DNA from: Burkholderiales bacterium
GTDB taxonomy: Bacteria; Pseudomonadota; Gammaproteobacteria; Burkholderiales; Burkholderiaceae_C
Direction: 5' to 3'
DNA length: 64,000 nucleotides
NCBI GenBank assembly: GCA_043717565.1
Contig: JAYSXE010000040.1
Coordinates: 4,417-68,416 of the forward strand
In this document: positions 19,762 to 30,076 of the stretch, in pieces
Layout: each line of letters starts with the position of its first letter
How positions within the stretch are numbered: position 1 is the stretch's first letter
Notes under the pieces: generated by a model
The model's database searches: none
The model's input: only the letters and a program-made list of their open reading frames with translations
What the model was told of the DNA's origin: nothing
Program-made: the position numbers and the translations under genes

Positions 19762-22554
19762 ATGACGATTTCTCGCCCTGTTCCGCTTGTGTTGTTGTCA
19801 ACCGCGCTGGCCGCCCTTGTGCTGATGGCCGGCTGCGCCACGCATCCCACGCCGCCTGCGGCGAAAGCGGTGGCGGCGGCGCCTGTGGCGGCCCCCACCG
19901 ACCCCGCCCCGGGCGCATCAGCACTGCGCCCGGCGGCGGCGCCACCGGCACCCCCCGCACCCGGCACGCTGCCGCCGTTTGCCACCGTGGTGAAAGACGC
20001 CAAAGAGATCAAGGGCGGCCTGTTCACGCTGTGGCAGAAGGACGACAAGATCTGGATCGAACTGAAGCCCGAAGATTTTGGCAAGCCACTGCTGATGGCA
20101 CCCAAGCTGGCGCGCGGCATGGGTGAAGCGGGCTTCTTTGGCGGCAGCATGATCGGGCGCTGGGGCACCTTCGGGCGCCCGCAGCTGGTGGAATTCAAGA
20201 AGGTCGGGCCCATCGTGCAACTGCTGGCGCGCAACGTGGAATTCCAGGGCGCGCCCCAGACGCCGGCCGCCTTTGCGGTGGAAGCGGGCTTCTCACCCAG
20301 TCTGGTGACATCCGCGCCCTTCGCCAGCGCCACGCACCCGGAACGCAAGACCCAGCTGGTGGAAGCCAACGCGCTGTTCGTGGGCGACCTGCTGGGCATG
20401 GCCATTCACCTGCAGCGTGAATACCGACAGGGTTACGCCTTCGACGTGCGCAATTCCAGCCTGCAAAGCGCACGTGCGCGGCCCGACGCGGTGTTTTTCG
20501 ACGTGCAGTCGCACTACGCCACGCCCACCATCGCTGTGCCGCAGCCGGGTGCGCCGCCAGGGCCGGCGCCGTCAACACCCTCGTCATTGCCCGATGTGCG
20601 CAGCCTGTTCCTGGGCGTTCACTATTCGCTCTCGTCGCTGCCCGACCAGCCGATGCGGCCGCGCGCGGCCGACCCGCGTGTGGGCCACTTCACCACCACC
20701 GTGCAGGACTTCGGCGACGACCTCTTGCGCAGCCCGCGCCAACGCTTCGTGAACCGCTGGCGCTTGGAGAAAAAAGACCCCACGGCCGAACTGTCTGATC
20801 CCGTCAAACCCATCACGTTCTGGCTGGACAAGACGGTGCCGCTGAAGTACCGCGATGCCATCACGCAGGGCGTGCTGGGCTGGAACCCGGCGTTCGAGAA
20901 CATCGGCTTCAAGAACGCCCTGGTGGTGAAGGTTCAACCCGACGCCGCCGACTTCGACACGCTGGACGTGGGCGTGGCGTCCATTCGCTGGATGACCAAT
21001 GCTCAGCCGCAGTTCGGCGCCATTGGCCCCAGCCAGGTCGACCCGCGCAGCGGCGAGATCCTGGACGCCGACATCGGCTTCGAAAGCCTTTCTTCGCGCG
21101 GCGTGCGTCAGTTGCGGGCGCAGATTCTTGCCGACGGCCGCACCGACTGGCAGGCACTGCTGCAAACCGGCGCTGACAGCGCACCAGCCGGCGCCGAGCG
21201 GCCCAGCTTCAGCCGGCTGGAACACGCCTTCTGCCAGCACGGTGCCCTGGCCTCCGAGCAGCTGAGCCTGGCGCTGGACGTGCTGGAAGCGCGCGGCGCC
21301 ATCGCGCCCGACGGCCCCGAGGCCGAAGACTTTGTGCGCCAGTACCTGATCGACACCACGCTGCACGAGGTGGGCCACACGCTGGGCCTGCGCCACAACT
21401 TCCGCTCGTCGCGCATCTACACCGACGCGCAGATGTCAGACCCCGAATTCGTGAAGAAAAACGGCCTCGCCGGGTCGGTGATGGAGTATTCCGCCATCAA
21501 CCTGGCACGGCCGGGCGCCCCGCAGACCACCCCGTTTCAGAACGTGCTGGGCCCCTACGACCACTGGGCCATCGAATACGCCTACAAGCCAGTGGCACCC
21601 GAGCAGGAAAAGGCCGAACTGCTGCGCATCGCTGGCCGCAGCGCAGAGCCGCTGCTGGCCTACGGCACCGACGAAGACCACTGGCTGGGCATCGACCCCG
21701 AGGCTCTGCACTTCGACCTGGGCAACGACCCGCTGGCCTTTGCCGACAAACGGCTGGCCATCGTGAAGGACCTGCTGCAGCGCCAGTCCACCCGCAACCT
21801 GAACCCCGACGAGGACTATTCGGTGTTGCGCCGGTCCATCACTTTTGCGGTGCGCGACGCCGGCCGTGCTGTGGGTATCGCGATGCGCCAGATTGGCGGC
21901 CTGCGCACGCTGCGCGACCACCCCGGCAGCGGCCGTGACCCGCTGCAGCCGGTGCCGGCTGCCCAGCAGCGGCAGGCGCTGGACCTGATTGCGCGCGGCG
22001 CACTGGCCGCCGACGCCCTGGTGCTGCCCGCGGCCCTGCAGCGCAAGCTGGCGCCCAGCTTTGCCGAGCGCAGCGAGGGGGGCATGGGTGGCGCCCCCGT
22101 GCCCACCGACTATTCCATCAGCGCCACCGTGACCGACATGCAGCGCGCTCTGCTGGACCAGTTGATGAGTGACGGCCTGGCCCAGCGCATCATCAACAGC
22201 CAGGCCAAGGTGGACAACCCCGCCGATGCCTTCAGGCTCAGCGAGCTGTACGGCCGCGTGCTGCAAGAGGTGTGGACCGAACTGGGCACCGCCAGCGAGA
22301 TTCCGGCCGCGCGCCGCGCGCTGCAGCGGGAATACATCAACAAGGTCAGCGGCCTGCTGCTGCGCCCGGCCACGCTGAGCCGCGCCGACGCGCGGTCGCT
22401 GTTGCGCAGCGACGCGCAAACGCTGCTGGCCCGCATCGATGCGGCCCTGAAGAAGCCCGGCGCACTGTCGGCCGAAAGCGGGGCGCACCTGCGCGACGTG
22501 GCCGATTCACTGCGCGAAGCGCTCAGCGCCAAGCTGCAGCGCTCTGGCGTCTAA
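19762..22554 (+). CDS. Zinc-dependent metalloprotease lipoprotein (DUF5117/DUF4953 Met-zincin type)
   Basis: Lipobox LMAGC; RAADPRVGHF; DPRSGEILDAD; HEVGHTLGLRHNF; Met-turn SVMEY; GPYDHWAIEYAY. Confidence 0.9.
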   Translation: MTISRPVPLVLLSTALAALVLMAGCATHPTPPAAKAVAAAPVAAPTDPAPGASALRPAAAPPAPPAPGTLPPFATVVKDAKEIKGGLFTLWQKDDKIWIELKPEDFGKPLLMAPKLARGMGEAGFFGGSMIGRWGTFGRPQLVEFKKVGPIVQLLARNVEFQGAPQTPAAFAVEAGFSPSLVTSAPFASATHPERKTQLVEANALFVGDLLGMAIHLQREYRQGYAFDVRNSSLQSARARPDAVFFDVQSHYATPTIAVPQPGAPPGPAPSTPSSLPDVRSLFLGVHYSLSSLPDQPMRPRAADPRVGHFTTTVQDFGDDLLRSPRQRFVNRWRLEKKDPTAELSDPVKPITFWLDKTVPLKYRDAITQGVLGWNPAFENIGFKNALVVKVQPDAADFDTLDVGVASIRWMTNAQPQFGAIGPSQVDPRSGEILDADIGFESLSSRGVRQLRAQILADGRTDWQALLQTGADSAPAGAERPSFSRLEHAFCQHGALASEQLSLALDVLEARGAIAPDGPEAEDFVRQYLIDTTLHEVGHTLGLRHNFRSSRIYTDAQMSDPEFVKKNGLAGSVMEYSAINLARPGAPQTTPFQNVLGPYDHWAIEYAYKPVAPEQEKAELLRIAGRSAEPLLAYGTDEDHWLGIDPEALHFDLGNDPLAFADKRLAIVKDLLQRQSTRNLNPDEDYSVLRRSITFAVRDAGRAVGIAMRQIGGLRTLRDHPGSGRDPLQPVPAAQQRQALDLIARGALAADALVLPAALQRKLAPSFAERSEGGMGGAPVPTDYSISATVTDMQRALLDQLMSDGLAQRIINSQAKVDNPADAFRLSELYGRVLQEVWTELGTASEIPAARRALQREYINKVSGLLLRPATLSRADARSLLRSDAQTLLARIDAALKKPGALSAESGAHLRDVADSLREALSAKLQRSGV

Positions 22555-22640
22555 GCGCCCGTCAGCGCCAGCGCGGTCTGGCAGGCCCCGGCGCTGCCCT
22601 GCCGCCCTGCCGCTCGGCCGCCGCGGGCGCTCCCCGCCCG

Positions 22641-23924
22641 TCAGTCTGTTGCCAGGGCGCACCAGGCCGGCCGGCCAGCCAGATGCAGTTGCGACCGCCG
22701 CGGCGCGGCTTCGGCCAGCAGCTGGCCGCGGCGGTACACCTTCAGCCGCGTGGCACGCAGGCGCAGCGCCTCGACCGGGTTGCGCGCCTGCAGCAGCACA
22801 AAGCTGGCGTCGCAACCGGCAGCGATGCCGTAGCCGGGCAGTTGCAAAATCTTCGCCGGGTTCGCTGTCACGGCGTCAAAACACTGCCGCATGGCGGCTT
22901 GGCTGGTCATCTGCGCCACGTGCAGGCCCATGTGGGCCACATCCAGCATGTCGCCGCTGCCCAGGCTGTACCAGGGGTCCATCACGCAATCCTGCCCGAA
23001 GGCCACGGTCAGGCCGGCGGCCATCAGTTCGGGCACGCGCGTCATGCCGCGGCGCTTGGGGTAGGTGTCGTGCCGGCCCTGCAGCGTGATGTTGATCAAC
23101 GGGTTGGCCACCACGTTCAGCTGTGCTTCAGCCATCAGCGGTATCAGCTTGCTGACGTAGTAGTTGTCCATGCTGTGCATGGATGTCAGGTGCGAGCCGG
23201 TGGCGCGGCCGTGCAGGCCCAGGCGGTGGGTCTCGGCGGCCAGCGTTTCGACATGGCGCGATAGAGGGTCGTCGCTTTCGTCGCAGTGCATGTCCACCAT
23301 CAGCCCGCGCTGCGCGGCCAGTTCGCACAACAGCGCCACGCTGCGCGCACCGTCAGCCATGGTGCGTTCAAAGTGCGGTATGCCGCCCACAACATCCACG
23401 CCCTTGTCCAGCGCCTGCTGCAGCAGCGCCAGCGCACCGGGTGAGCGCAGCACGCCGTCTTGCGGGAAGGCCACCAGTTGCAGGTCGATGTAAGGCGCGG
23501 CCCGGCGCTTCACATCGAGCAGTGCGTCCACAGCCAAGAGGCGCGGGTCGCACACGTCCACATGCGTGCGTATGGCCATCAGGCCCTGGGCCACGGCCCA
23601 GTCGCAGTAGGCCAGCGCACGCTCAACCAGCGCTTCGTGCGTGAGCTGCGGCTTCAGTTCGCCCCACAGCGTTATGCCTTCCAGCAGCGTGCCGCTGTGG
23701 TTGACGCGCGGCAGGCCGTAGCTGAGCGTGGCGTCCATGTGAAAGTGGGCGTCGACAAAGGGCGGGCTGAGCAGCTGGCCTTCGGCGTCGATGCTGCTGT
23801 GTGCGGCGGCGGTGGCGGGCGACAGGCCGGCCGTCACTTCCAGGATGCGGCCGTCTTGCACGGCCACGCCCATGCCGCTGCGGCCGTCGGGCAGCGTGGC
23901 GTTGTGAATCAGCAGGTCGAGCAT
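22641..23924 (-). CDS. codA: Cytosine deaminase-like amidohydrolase
   Basis: PFVDAHFHMD, GTLLEGI, VAFPQDG, GGIPHFE, DMHCDE, GSHLTSMHS, GQDCVMDPWY. Confidence 0.88.
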   Translation of the reverse strand: MLDLLIHNATLPDGRSGMGVAVQDGRILEVTAGLSPATAAAHSSIDAEGQLLSPPFVDAHFHMDATLSYGLPRVNHSGTLLEGITLWGELKPQLTHEALVERALAYCDWAVAQGLMAIRTHVDVCDPRLLAVDALLDVKRRAAPYIDLQLVAFPQDGVLRSPGALALLQQALDKGVDVVGGIPHFERTMADGARSVALLCELAAQRGLMVDMHCDESDDPLSRHVETLAAETHRLGLHGRATGSHLTSMHSMDNYYVSKLIPLMAEAQLNVVANPLINITLQGRHDTYPKRRGMTRVPELMAAGLTVAFGQDCVMDPWYSLGSGDMLDVAHMGLHVAQMTSQAAMRQCFDAVTANPAKILQLPGYGIAAGCDASFVLLQARNPVEALRLRATRLKVYRRGQLLAEAAPRRSQLHLAGRPAWCALATD

Positions 23925-23949
23925 GGTCGTGTCCGTTTCGTGGCGGGTG

Positions 23950-24873
23950 TCACCGTTCACCGCGCCGGTAAGGTTTCATCAGGGCCTGTGGATAGCCAGC
24001 ATGGCGCGCCACCATCACCAGCGCCACGATGGACAGCACGTAAGGCAGCATCAGGTACACCTGATAAGGCAGGCCATCACCGCCGGCCTGCTGCAGGCGC
24101 AGTTGCAGCGCGTCAAAGAAGGCAAACAGCAAGGCACCCAGCAGCGCCTTGCCCGGGCGCCAGCTGGCAAAGACCACCAGCGCCACGCAGATCCAGCCGC
24201 GGCCGTTCACCATGTTGAAGAAGAAGGCGTTGAAGGCCGCCAGCGTCAGGAAAGCTCCTGCCACGCCCATCAGCGCCGAGCCGGCGACGATGGCCCCGGT
24301 GCGCACCGCCGCCACCGACACGCCCTGCCCTTCGGCCGCCTGCGGGTTTTCGCCCACCATGCGCACGGCCAGCCCCAGCGGCGTGCGCATCAGCAGCCAG
24401 GCCAGCAGCGGCACCAACAGCAGCGCCAGCAATGTCAGCGGCGTCTGCTGGTTCAGCACCGGAACGGGCAGCCAGTCCATGGCCTGAAACGGTGTGATGG
24501 TGGGCGGCGTGCTGACCTTGGGAAAGCTGACGCGGTAGCCGTAATAACTGAGCGACGTGGCCAGCAGCGTGATGCCCAGCCCGCTGACATGCTGCGACAG
24601 CGCCAGCCCTACCGTCAGCAGCGCCAGCAGCCCACCCAGCGCGGCACCCACCGCCGCCGCTGCAGCCACGCCGCCCCACAGCGTTGCGCCGTTGTAGACG
24701 GCCAGCCAGCCGACGAAGGCGCCGGCCACCCAGATGCCTTCAACACCCAGGTTCAGCACGCCCGCGCGTTCACACAACAGCACGCCCAGCGTGCCCAGGA
24801 TCAGCGGCGTGGCAATGCGCAGCACCGCCACCCAGAACTCGGGCAGCAGCAACAGGGCCAGTACGTCACTCAC
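23950..24873 (-). CDS. Nucleoside/purine ABC transporter permease
   Basis: ERAGVLNLGVEG, GENPQAA, GRGWICVALVVF, MLPYVLS. Confidence 0.9.
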   Translation of the reverse strand: MSDVLALLLLPEFWVAVLRIATPLILGTLGVLLCERAGVLNLGVEGIWVAGAFVGWLAVYNGATLWGGVAAAAAVGAALGGLLALLTVGLALSQHVSGLGITLLATSLSYYGYRVSFPKVSTPPTITPFQAMDWLPVPVLNQQTPLTLLALLLVPLLAWLLMRTPLGLAVRMVGENPQAAEGQGVSVAAVRTGAIVAGSALMGVAGAFLTLAAFNAFFFNMVNGRGWICVALVVFASWRPGKALLGALLFAFFDALQLRLQQAGGDGLPYQVYLMLPYVLSIVALVMVARHAGYPQALMKPYRRGER

Positions 24874-25967
24874 CGCGCTGCACCCTGCGTGATGGCTGCT
24901 GCCGGCCGGCGCCACACGATGCTCCGCTGCAGCAGCCAGCCGGCCACCAGCACCGACAGCAGCGCCGTGGCCACGATCACGTCGGCCAGGTAGCTGGGCA
25001 CGCCGGCTGCGCGGCTCATGCTGTCGGCCCCCACCAGCACACCAGCCACGAAGATGCTGGCCGCCACCACGCCGGCCGGGTGCAGGCCCGCGAGCATGGC
25101 GATGACGATGCCGGTATAGCCATAGCCGGGCGACATGTCCAGCGTCAGGTAACTGGTGCGGCCGGCCACTTCCAGCGCGCCCGCCAGGCCGGCCAGCGCG
25201 CCCGACAGCAAGGCCACGAACACCACCGTGCGCCCCACCGGCACGCCGGCAAAGGCCGCGGCGCGGGGGTTGGCGCCCACGGCGCGGATGTGGAAGCCCA
25301 CTACCGTGCGGCGCATCAGCACCCAGACCAGCGCGGCCAGCGTCAACGCCATCAGCAGGCCGGTGTGGATGCGCGTTTGCGGCACCAGTTTGCCCAGTTC
25401 CAGTTCACCCTGCAGCGCCACGCTTTGCGGCCAGCCCATGGCGGTGGGGTCTTTCATTGGCCCGTCGAGCATGGCCGAGATGAACAGCGTGACGATGAAG
25501 TTCAACAGCAGCGTGGTGACCACCTCGTCCACCCCCAGACGGGACTTCAGCAGCGCCGGGCCCAGCAGCAGCAGGCCACCGGCCAGCGCCGAAGCCAGCA
25601 GCATCAGCGGGAACAGCACATAAGGCGGCCACTGCAGCCCTGCGCCGCCGTGCAGGCCACCCACGGCCACCGCCGCCAGTGCGCCCACGTACAGCTGGCC
25701 CTCGGCGCCGATGTTGAACAGCCGCGCCTGGAAGGCCACGGCCACGGCCAAGCCGGTCAACATCAACGGCACGGCGCGGGTGAGGGTTTCACTGAGCGCG
25801 AACACCGAACCGAAGCCGCCTTTGATCAGCAAACCCCAGGTGGGGCCCACCGGCGCGCCGGCCCACAGCACCAGCAGTGCACTGACCAGCAGCGGCAAGC
25901 CCACGGCCACCCCCGCAGCAGCGGCCCAGGCGCGCGGCGAGATGTGGGTGCGGGGTGCTGTGTGCAT
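24870..25967 (-). CDS. Nucleoside/purine ABC transporter permease
   Basis: LFNIGAEGQ, VDEVVTTLLLNF, GYGYTGIVIAMLA. Confidence 0.9.
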   Translation of the reverse strand: MHTAPRTHISPRAWAAAAGVAVGLPLLVSALLVLWAGAPVGPTWGLLIKGGFGSVFALSETLTRAVPLMLTGLAVAVAFQARLFNIGAEGQLYVGALAAVAVGGLHGGAGLQWPPYVLFPLMLLASALAGGLLLLGPALLKSRLGVDEVVTTLLLNFIVTLFISAMLDGPMKDPTAMGWPQSVALQGELELGKLVPQTRIHTGLLMALTLAALVWVLMRRTVVGFHIRAVGANPRAAAFAGVPVGRTVVFVALLSGALAGLAGALEVAGRTSYLTLDMSPGYGYTGIVIAMLAGLHPAGVVAASIFVAGVLVGADSMSRAAGVPSYLADVIVATALLSVLVAGWLLQRSIVWRRPAAAITQGAAR

Positions 25968-25995
25968 GGCGGACAGGCGGGGGCAGTGCGCGGCT

Positions 25996-27699
25996 TCAGT
26001 GCACCGGGGCACGCGCGGGCGCAACGCCTGCGCTTTCAGCCGGCGCCGGCCCGCCCGCCATGGCCAGGCCCAGCGTGGCGCGGGTCCAGGCCGCCGCCGG
26101 CCATGCGGCCGTCAGGTGGCCGGCGTGCAGCACGGCGATGCGGTCGCCCATCGCCATCACCTCGTCCAGGTCGTCGGAAATCAGCAGCACCGCAGCCTGC
26201 GCATCGCGCGCTGCCAGCAGCTGCTTCTGAACGGCGGCCACGGCGCCCACGTCCAGCCCCCAGGTGGGCTGATGGGCGACGATCAGCCGCGGCGGCCGGC
26301 CGTCGGGTGCTGTCAAGGCCCGCGCGAGGATGAGCTTCTGCATGTTGCCGCCCGACAGCGCGCGCGCGGGCGACAGGGCCCCGGCGCCGCGCACGTCAAA
26401 GGCCTTCATCAACCCTTCGGCGTAGGCCCGCGCTGCGGCGCGGCGCACCAGCTGCCAGCGTGCAAAGGCCGCGCTGCCGGCCCGTTCTGACGTGGCGTTT
26501 TCCCACAGTGGCAGGTCGCCCACCAGGCCTTCGCCGTGGCGGTCTTCGGGAATGCGCGCCACGCCACGTTCCACCAGCCAGCGCGGGTTGGCGCGCATCG
26601 GCTGGCCTTCCAGCGTCAGCCGGCCTTGCGTGGCGGCGCGCGTGCCGCAAAGCAGTTCGGCCAGGGCCACCTGCCCGTTGCCGGAGACACCGGCGATGGC
26701 GACGATTTCGCCGGCGCGCAACTGCAGGCTCGCGCCCGCCAGGTGGTCACGCGCCGCGCCTTCGCGCCCGGCGCCGCGGGTGGCGGTGTGCACGCCCTGC
26801 AGTTCGCACACCACCGCGCTGGCCAGTGCGGCTGGTGCGTCTGGTGCGTCTGGTGCGGCGGTGGCGCGCGTGGCCGTTGGGGCCACAGCGTCGTCCAAGT
26901 CGCGCCCCACCATCCAGCGCGCCAGGTCGGCAGCACTGGCATCCGCAGCCTGGGCCTCGGCCACCAGCCGGCCGGCGCGCAACACTGCCACGCGGTGCGA
27001 CACGCGCAGCACTTCGGGCAGCTTGTGGCTGATGAACACGATGGACAGGCCCTGCGCCACCATCTGCGACAGCGTGTCGAAGAGCGACTCGGTTTCCTGC
27101 GGTGTCAGCACGGCTGTGGGTTCGTCCAGGATCAGGATGCGGGCGCCGCGGTACAGCGCCTTCAGAATCTCGACACGCTGACGTTCACCCACCGACAGCC
27201 GCGCCACCAGCGCTTGCGGGTCGACCTGCAGGCCAAAGCGCTGTGCCACTGCCAGCAGGCGCTGCCGGGCCGCCGCGCGCCGCGTGAAGGGCTGCCACAG
27301 CGGTTCGGTGCCCAGCATGATGTTGTCCAGCACGCTGAGGTTGCCCGCCAGCGTGGAATGCTGGTGCACCATGCCGATGCCGGCCGCCAGCGCGGCCTGC
27401 GGTTGCCCGGGGGGCAGTGGACGGCCGAAGACCGTGATGTCACCCGCGTCGGCCCTGTAGTGGCCAAAGAGGATGGACACCAGCGTGCTTTTGCCCGCCC
27501 CGTTTTCACCCAGCAGCGCCAGCACCTCGCCGGCCTGCAGCGTGAGGGTGATGTCGTCGTTGGCCACGAGGCTGCCGAAGCGCTTGCTGATGCCGCGCAG
27601 TTGCAGCACCGGTGCAGGGCCCAGCGCCGCCGCAGGCGTGCGCGGGCTGGTGCTGCTGCCTCCGGCAGTTGCAAGCTCGCGGGTGTGGGCATCGCTCAT
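25996..27699 (-). CDS. ABC transporter ATP-binding protein (tandem NBD, sugar/nucleoside type)
   Basis: GENGAGKST, LSVGERQRVEI, LILDEPT, GVSGNGQ, LSGGNMQK, QPTWGLD. Confidence 0.93.
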   Translation of the reverse strand: MSDAHTRELATAGGSSTSPRTPAAALGPAPVLQLRGISKRFGSLVANDDITLTLQAGEVLALLGENGAGKSTLVSILFGHYRADAGDITVFGRPLPPGQPQAALAAGIGMVHQHSTLAGNLSVLDNIMLGTEPLWQPFTRRAAARQRLLAVAQRFGLQVDPQALVARLSVGERQRVEILKALYRGARILILDEPTAVLTPQETESLFDTLSQMVAQGLSIVFISHKLPEVLRVSHRVAVLRAGRLVAEAQAADASAADLARWMVGRDLDDAVAPTATRATAAPDAPDAPAALASAVVCELQGVHTATRGAGREGAARDHLAGASLQLRAGEIVAIAGVSGNGQVALAELLCGTRAATQGRLTLEGQPMRANPRWLVERGVARIPEDRHGEGLVGDLPLWENATSERAGSAAFARWQLVRRAAARAYAEGLMKAFDVRGAGALSPARALSGGNMQKLILARALTAPDGRPPRLIVAHQPTWGLDVGAVAAVQKQLLAARDAQAAVLLISDDLDEVMAMGDRIAVLHAGHLTAAWPAAAWTRATLGLAMAGGPAPAESAGVAPARAPVH

Positions 27700-27781
27700 G
27701 GTCTGATGGTAGCTGCGGCACCCCACACGCCTGGGGCCCGCAAGGCATCAGCATGCTGGTGCCGGGCGGACAGCGCCTGCG

Positions 27782-29023
27782 CTACAGCTCCAGCGCCAGC
27801 AGTTCCCGCACCGTCTGCCGCCGCCGGATCAGCCGCTGCTGGCCACCGTCCACCAGCACCTCGGCCAGCAAGGGCCTGCTGTTGTAGTTGGAAGACATGG
27901 AGGCGCCATAGGCGCCGGTGTCGTGGAACACCAGCAGGTCGCCCACCTGGGCTTCGGGCAGGTCGCGCGTCAGCACCACGCCGCCGTCGGCCTGCGTGAA
28001 CACGTCGCCCGACTCGCACAGCGGGCCGGCCACCACGGTGGGCACGGTGGCGCGCGGCTGGTCGTTGGCCGGCAGCAGGCTGATGCCGTGGTGGCTGCCG
28101 TACAGAGCCGGCCGCATCAGGTCGTTGAAGCCGGCGTCCACCAACGTGAAGCGCTGGCTGCCCTGGTGCTTGACGGCGCGCACCTCGCACAGCAGCACAC
28201 CGGCTTCAGCCACCAGATAACGCCCCGGTTCCAGTTCCAGGTGGATGGCGTGGCCGCGCGCTGCGGCGATGCGCTGGCGTGCGGCGTGCCACAGGCCGTG
28301 GTAGTGCGCCACGTCGATGCGCGGCTCGCCTTCGCGGTAGGGAATGGACAAACCGCCGCCGGCGGAGATGGCTTCCAGCGGCATGTCCACCTTGGCCACC
28401 AGGTCCACCATGGCGCCGCACACCTCGGCCAGGTGGCTGTAGTCCACGCCCGAGCCGATGTGCATGTGCAGGCCCACCAGGTGCAGGTGGTGCGTGCGTA
28501 TCACGGCCAGCGCCTCGGCCAGGTCGGTGTGCCAGATGCCGTGCTTGGAATGTTCGCCGCCGGTGTTGGTCTTGTTGCTGTGGCCGTGGCCGAAGCCGGG
28601 GTTGATGCGCAGCCACACGCGGTGCCGGTGGCTGCCGCCGGCGGTGCGCGCGCCCAGCTGGCGCAGCATGTCGACAGAGCCGGCGTTGACGGGAATCTGG
28701 TCGGCCACCACGCGGCTGAGCGTGGCTTCGTCAAACAGGTCGGCCGTGAACACGATGCCGGTGGCCGGCCCACTGCCCACGGTGAAGCCCGCCGCCTGCG
28801 CGCGTTCGATCTCGCCCAGCGAGACCGCGTCGACACACACGCCCTGCTCGCGCATCAGCCGCAGCAGGTGGATGTTGGAGTTGGCCTTTTGCGCGTAGCG
28901 CACCACGCCAAAAGCCTTCAGCGACGCGATGCGTTCACGGATGGTGGCGGCGTCGTACACCCACAGCGGCGTGCCGTGGGCCTGAGCTGCTTCGCGCAGC
29001 AGCGTGGGTTGGAAAGGGTTCAT
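27782..29023 (-). CDS. lysA: Diaminopimelate decarboxylase
   Basis: YAQKANSN (PLP Lys), RINPGFGHGHSNKTNTGGEHSKHGI, HMHIGSG, EPGRYLVAEAG, GPLCESGD, GAYGASMSSNYN. Confidence 0.96.
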   Translation of the reverse strand: MNPFQPTLLREAAQAHGTPLWVYDAATIRERIASLKAFGVVRYAQKANSNIHLLRLMREQGVCVDAVSLGEIERAQAAGFTVGSGPATGIVFTADLFDEATLSRVVADQIPVNAGSVDMLRQLGARTAGGSHRHRVWLRINPGFGHGHSNKTNTGGEHSKHGIWHTDLAEALAVIRTHHLHLVGLHMHIGSGVDYSHLAEVCGAMVDLVAKVDMPLEAISAGGGLSIPYREGEPRIDVAHYHGLWHAARQRIAAARGHAIHLELEPGRYLVAEAGVLLCEVRAVKHQGSQRFTLVDAGFNDLMRPALYGSHHGISLLPANDQPRATVPTVVAGPLCESGDVFTQADGGVVLTRDLPEAQVGDLLVFHDTGAYGASMSSNYNSRPLLAEVLVDGGQQRLIRRRQTVRELLALEL

Positions 29024-29079
29024 GGGCGGGATGGTGGCGAAAGCCATTCATTCATGCAATGACTTGCTTGTCGATACAT

Positions 29080-29096
29080 CATCCATTTTCGATATG
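29080..29096. promoter_or_regulatory. LysR-type binding box in the lysA/lysR divergent promoter
   Basis: CATCCATTTTCGATATG = CAT-N11-ATG dyad (T-N11-A) in an AT-rich intergenic region. Confidence 0.5.
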
Positions 29097-29104
29097 CTAG
29101 GCCC

Positions 29105-30037
29105 ATGAACCCACCGCCGCTCACCCACCGCCAGATCGAGGTCTTCCGGGCCGTGATGGGCACCGCCCACGTCACCCGCGCGGCCGATCTGCTGGGCAGT
29201 TCACAGCCCACCGTCAGCCGAGAACTGGCGCGGCTTGAACTTGTTCTGGGCATGCAACTCTTTGAACGCGTGCGCGGCCGCCTGCGGCCCACGGTGCGGG
29301 CGCAGGCGCTGCTGGAAGAGGTGGAACGCAGCTACATCGGCCTGGCCCGCATCGCAGCCACGGCACAGACACTGCGCGCCTTTGCGCAGGGCAGGCTGGC
29401 CATCGGCTGCCTGCCGGCGCTGTCGCACGCGCTGCTGCCCCGCGCCGCCGCCCGCTTTGCGCGCCTCCACCCGCAGGCCGGCCTGTCCATCACGCCACAG
29501 GATTCACCCTTGCTGGAACAGTGGCTGAGCGAGCAGCGTTTTGACCTGGGGCTGACCGAGGCCCGCGAAGCCCCCAGCGCCACCCAGGCGCAGCCGCTGC
29601 TGCAAGCCGACGAGGTGGCCGTGCTGCCCGCCGGCCACCCGCTGCTGGCGCGGCGCGTGCTGCGCCCGCGCGACTTCGAAGGCCTGCCCTTCGTGAGCCT
29701 GGCACCCAGCGACACCTACCGCCAGGCGGTGGACGCGATGTTCACCGCGCAAGGCGTGCAGCGCATCCTGGTGGCCGACACGGCCAGCGCGGTGTCGGTG
29801 TGCGCGCTGGTGCGCCAGGGCCTGGGTGTGGCTGTCGTGAACCCGTTGACGGCGCTGGAAATGGCCGGGCCCGCGCTGCTGGTGCGGCCGCTGTCGGTGT
29901 CCATTCCTTTTCACGTCAGCCTGGTGCGGCCTGAACTGCGGCCCGCCAACCCGCTGACCGCCGCCTTCGTGCAGTGCCTGGAAGCGGCAGCGCTTGAACT
30001 GCGAGGCGAACTGAAGGGGCTGGGCAAGGGCGACTGA
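29105..30037 (+). CDS. lysR: LysR family regulator, lysA activator type
   Basis: HRQIEVFRAVM...SSQPTVSRELARLE...LFERVRGRLRPT; divergent from lysA as in E. coli. Confidence 0.92.
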   Translation: MNPPPLTHRQIEVFRAVMGTAHVTRAADLLGSSQPTVSRELARLELVLGMQLFERVRGRLRPTVRAQALLEEVERSYIGLARIAATAQTLRAFAQGRLAIGCLPALSHALLPRAAARFARLHPQAGLSITPQDSPLLEQWLSEQRFDLGLTEAREAPSATQAQPLLQADEVAVLPAGHPLLARRVLRPRDFEGLPFVSLAPSDTYRQAVDAMFTAQGVQRILVADTASAVSVCALVRQGLGVAVVNPLTALEMAGPALLVRPLSVSIPFHVSLVRPELRPANPLTAAFVQCLEAAALELRGELKGLGKGD

Positions 30038-30076
30038 GGCCCGCGCCGCGCCCGCGCGCGGCCGGTTGAACCGGTG

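Noticed and set aside
26832-26856. Short tandem repeats (CTGGTGCGT x~3 here; GCCGGCGCGACT x2 near 42315)
   Set aside because: In-frame 9- and 12-bp repeats in Ala/Pro-rich linkers; they cannot cause frameshift phase variation
27350-27370. VHQHSTL instead of the usual VHQHF in the ABC ATPase
   Set aside because: Single substitution with all core motifs intact; not enough to call inactivation
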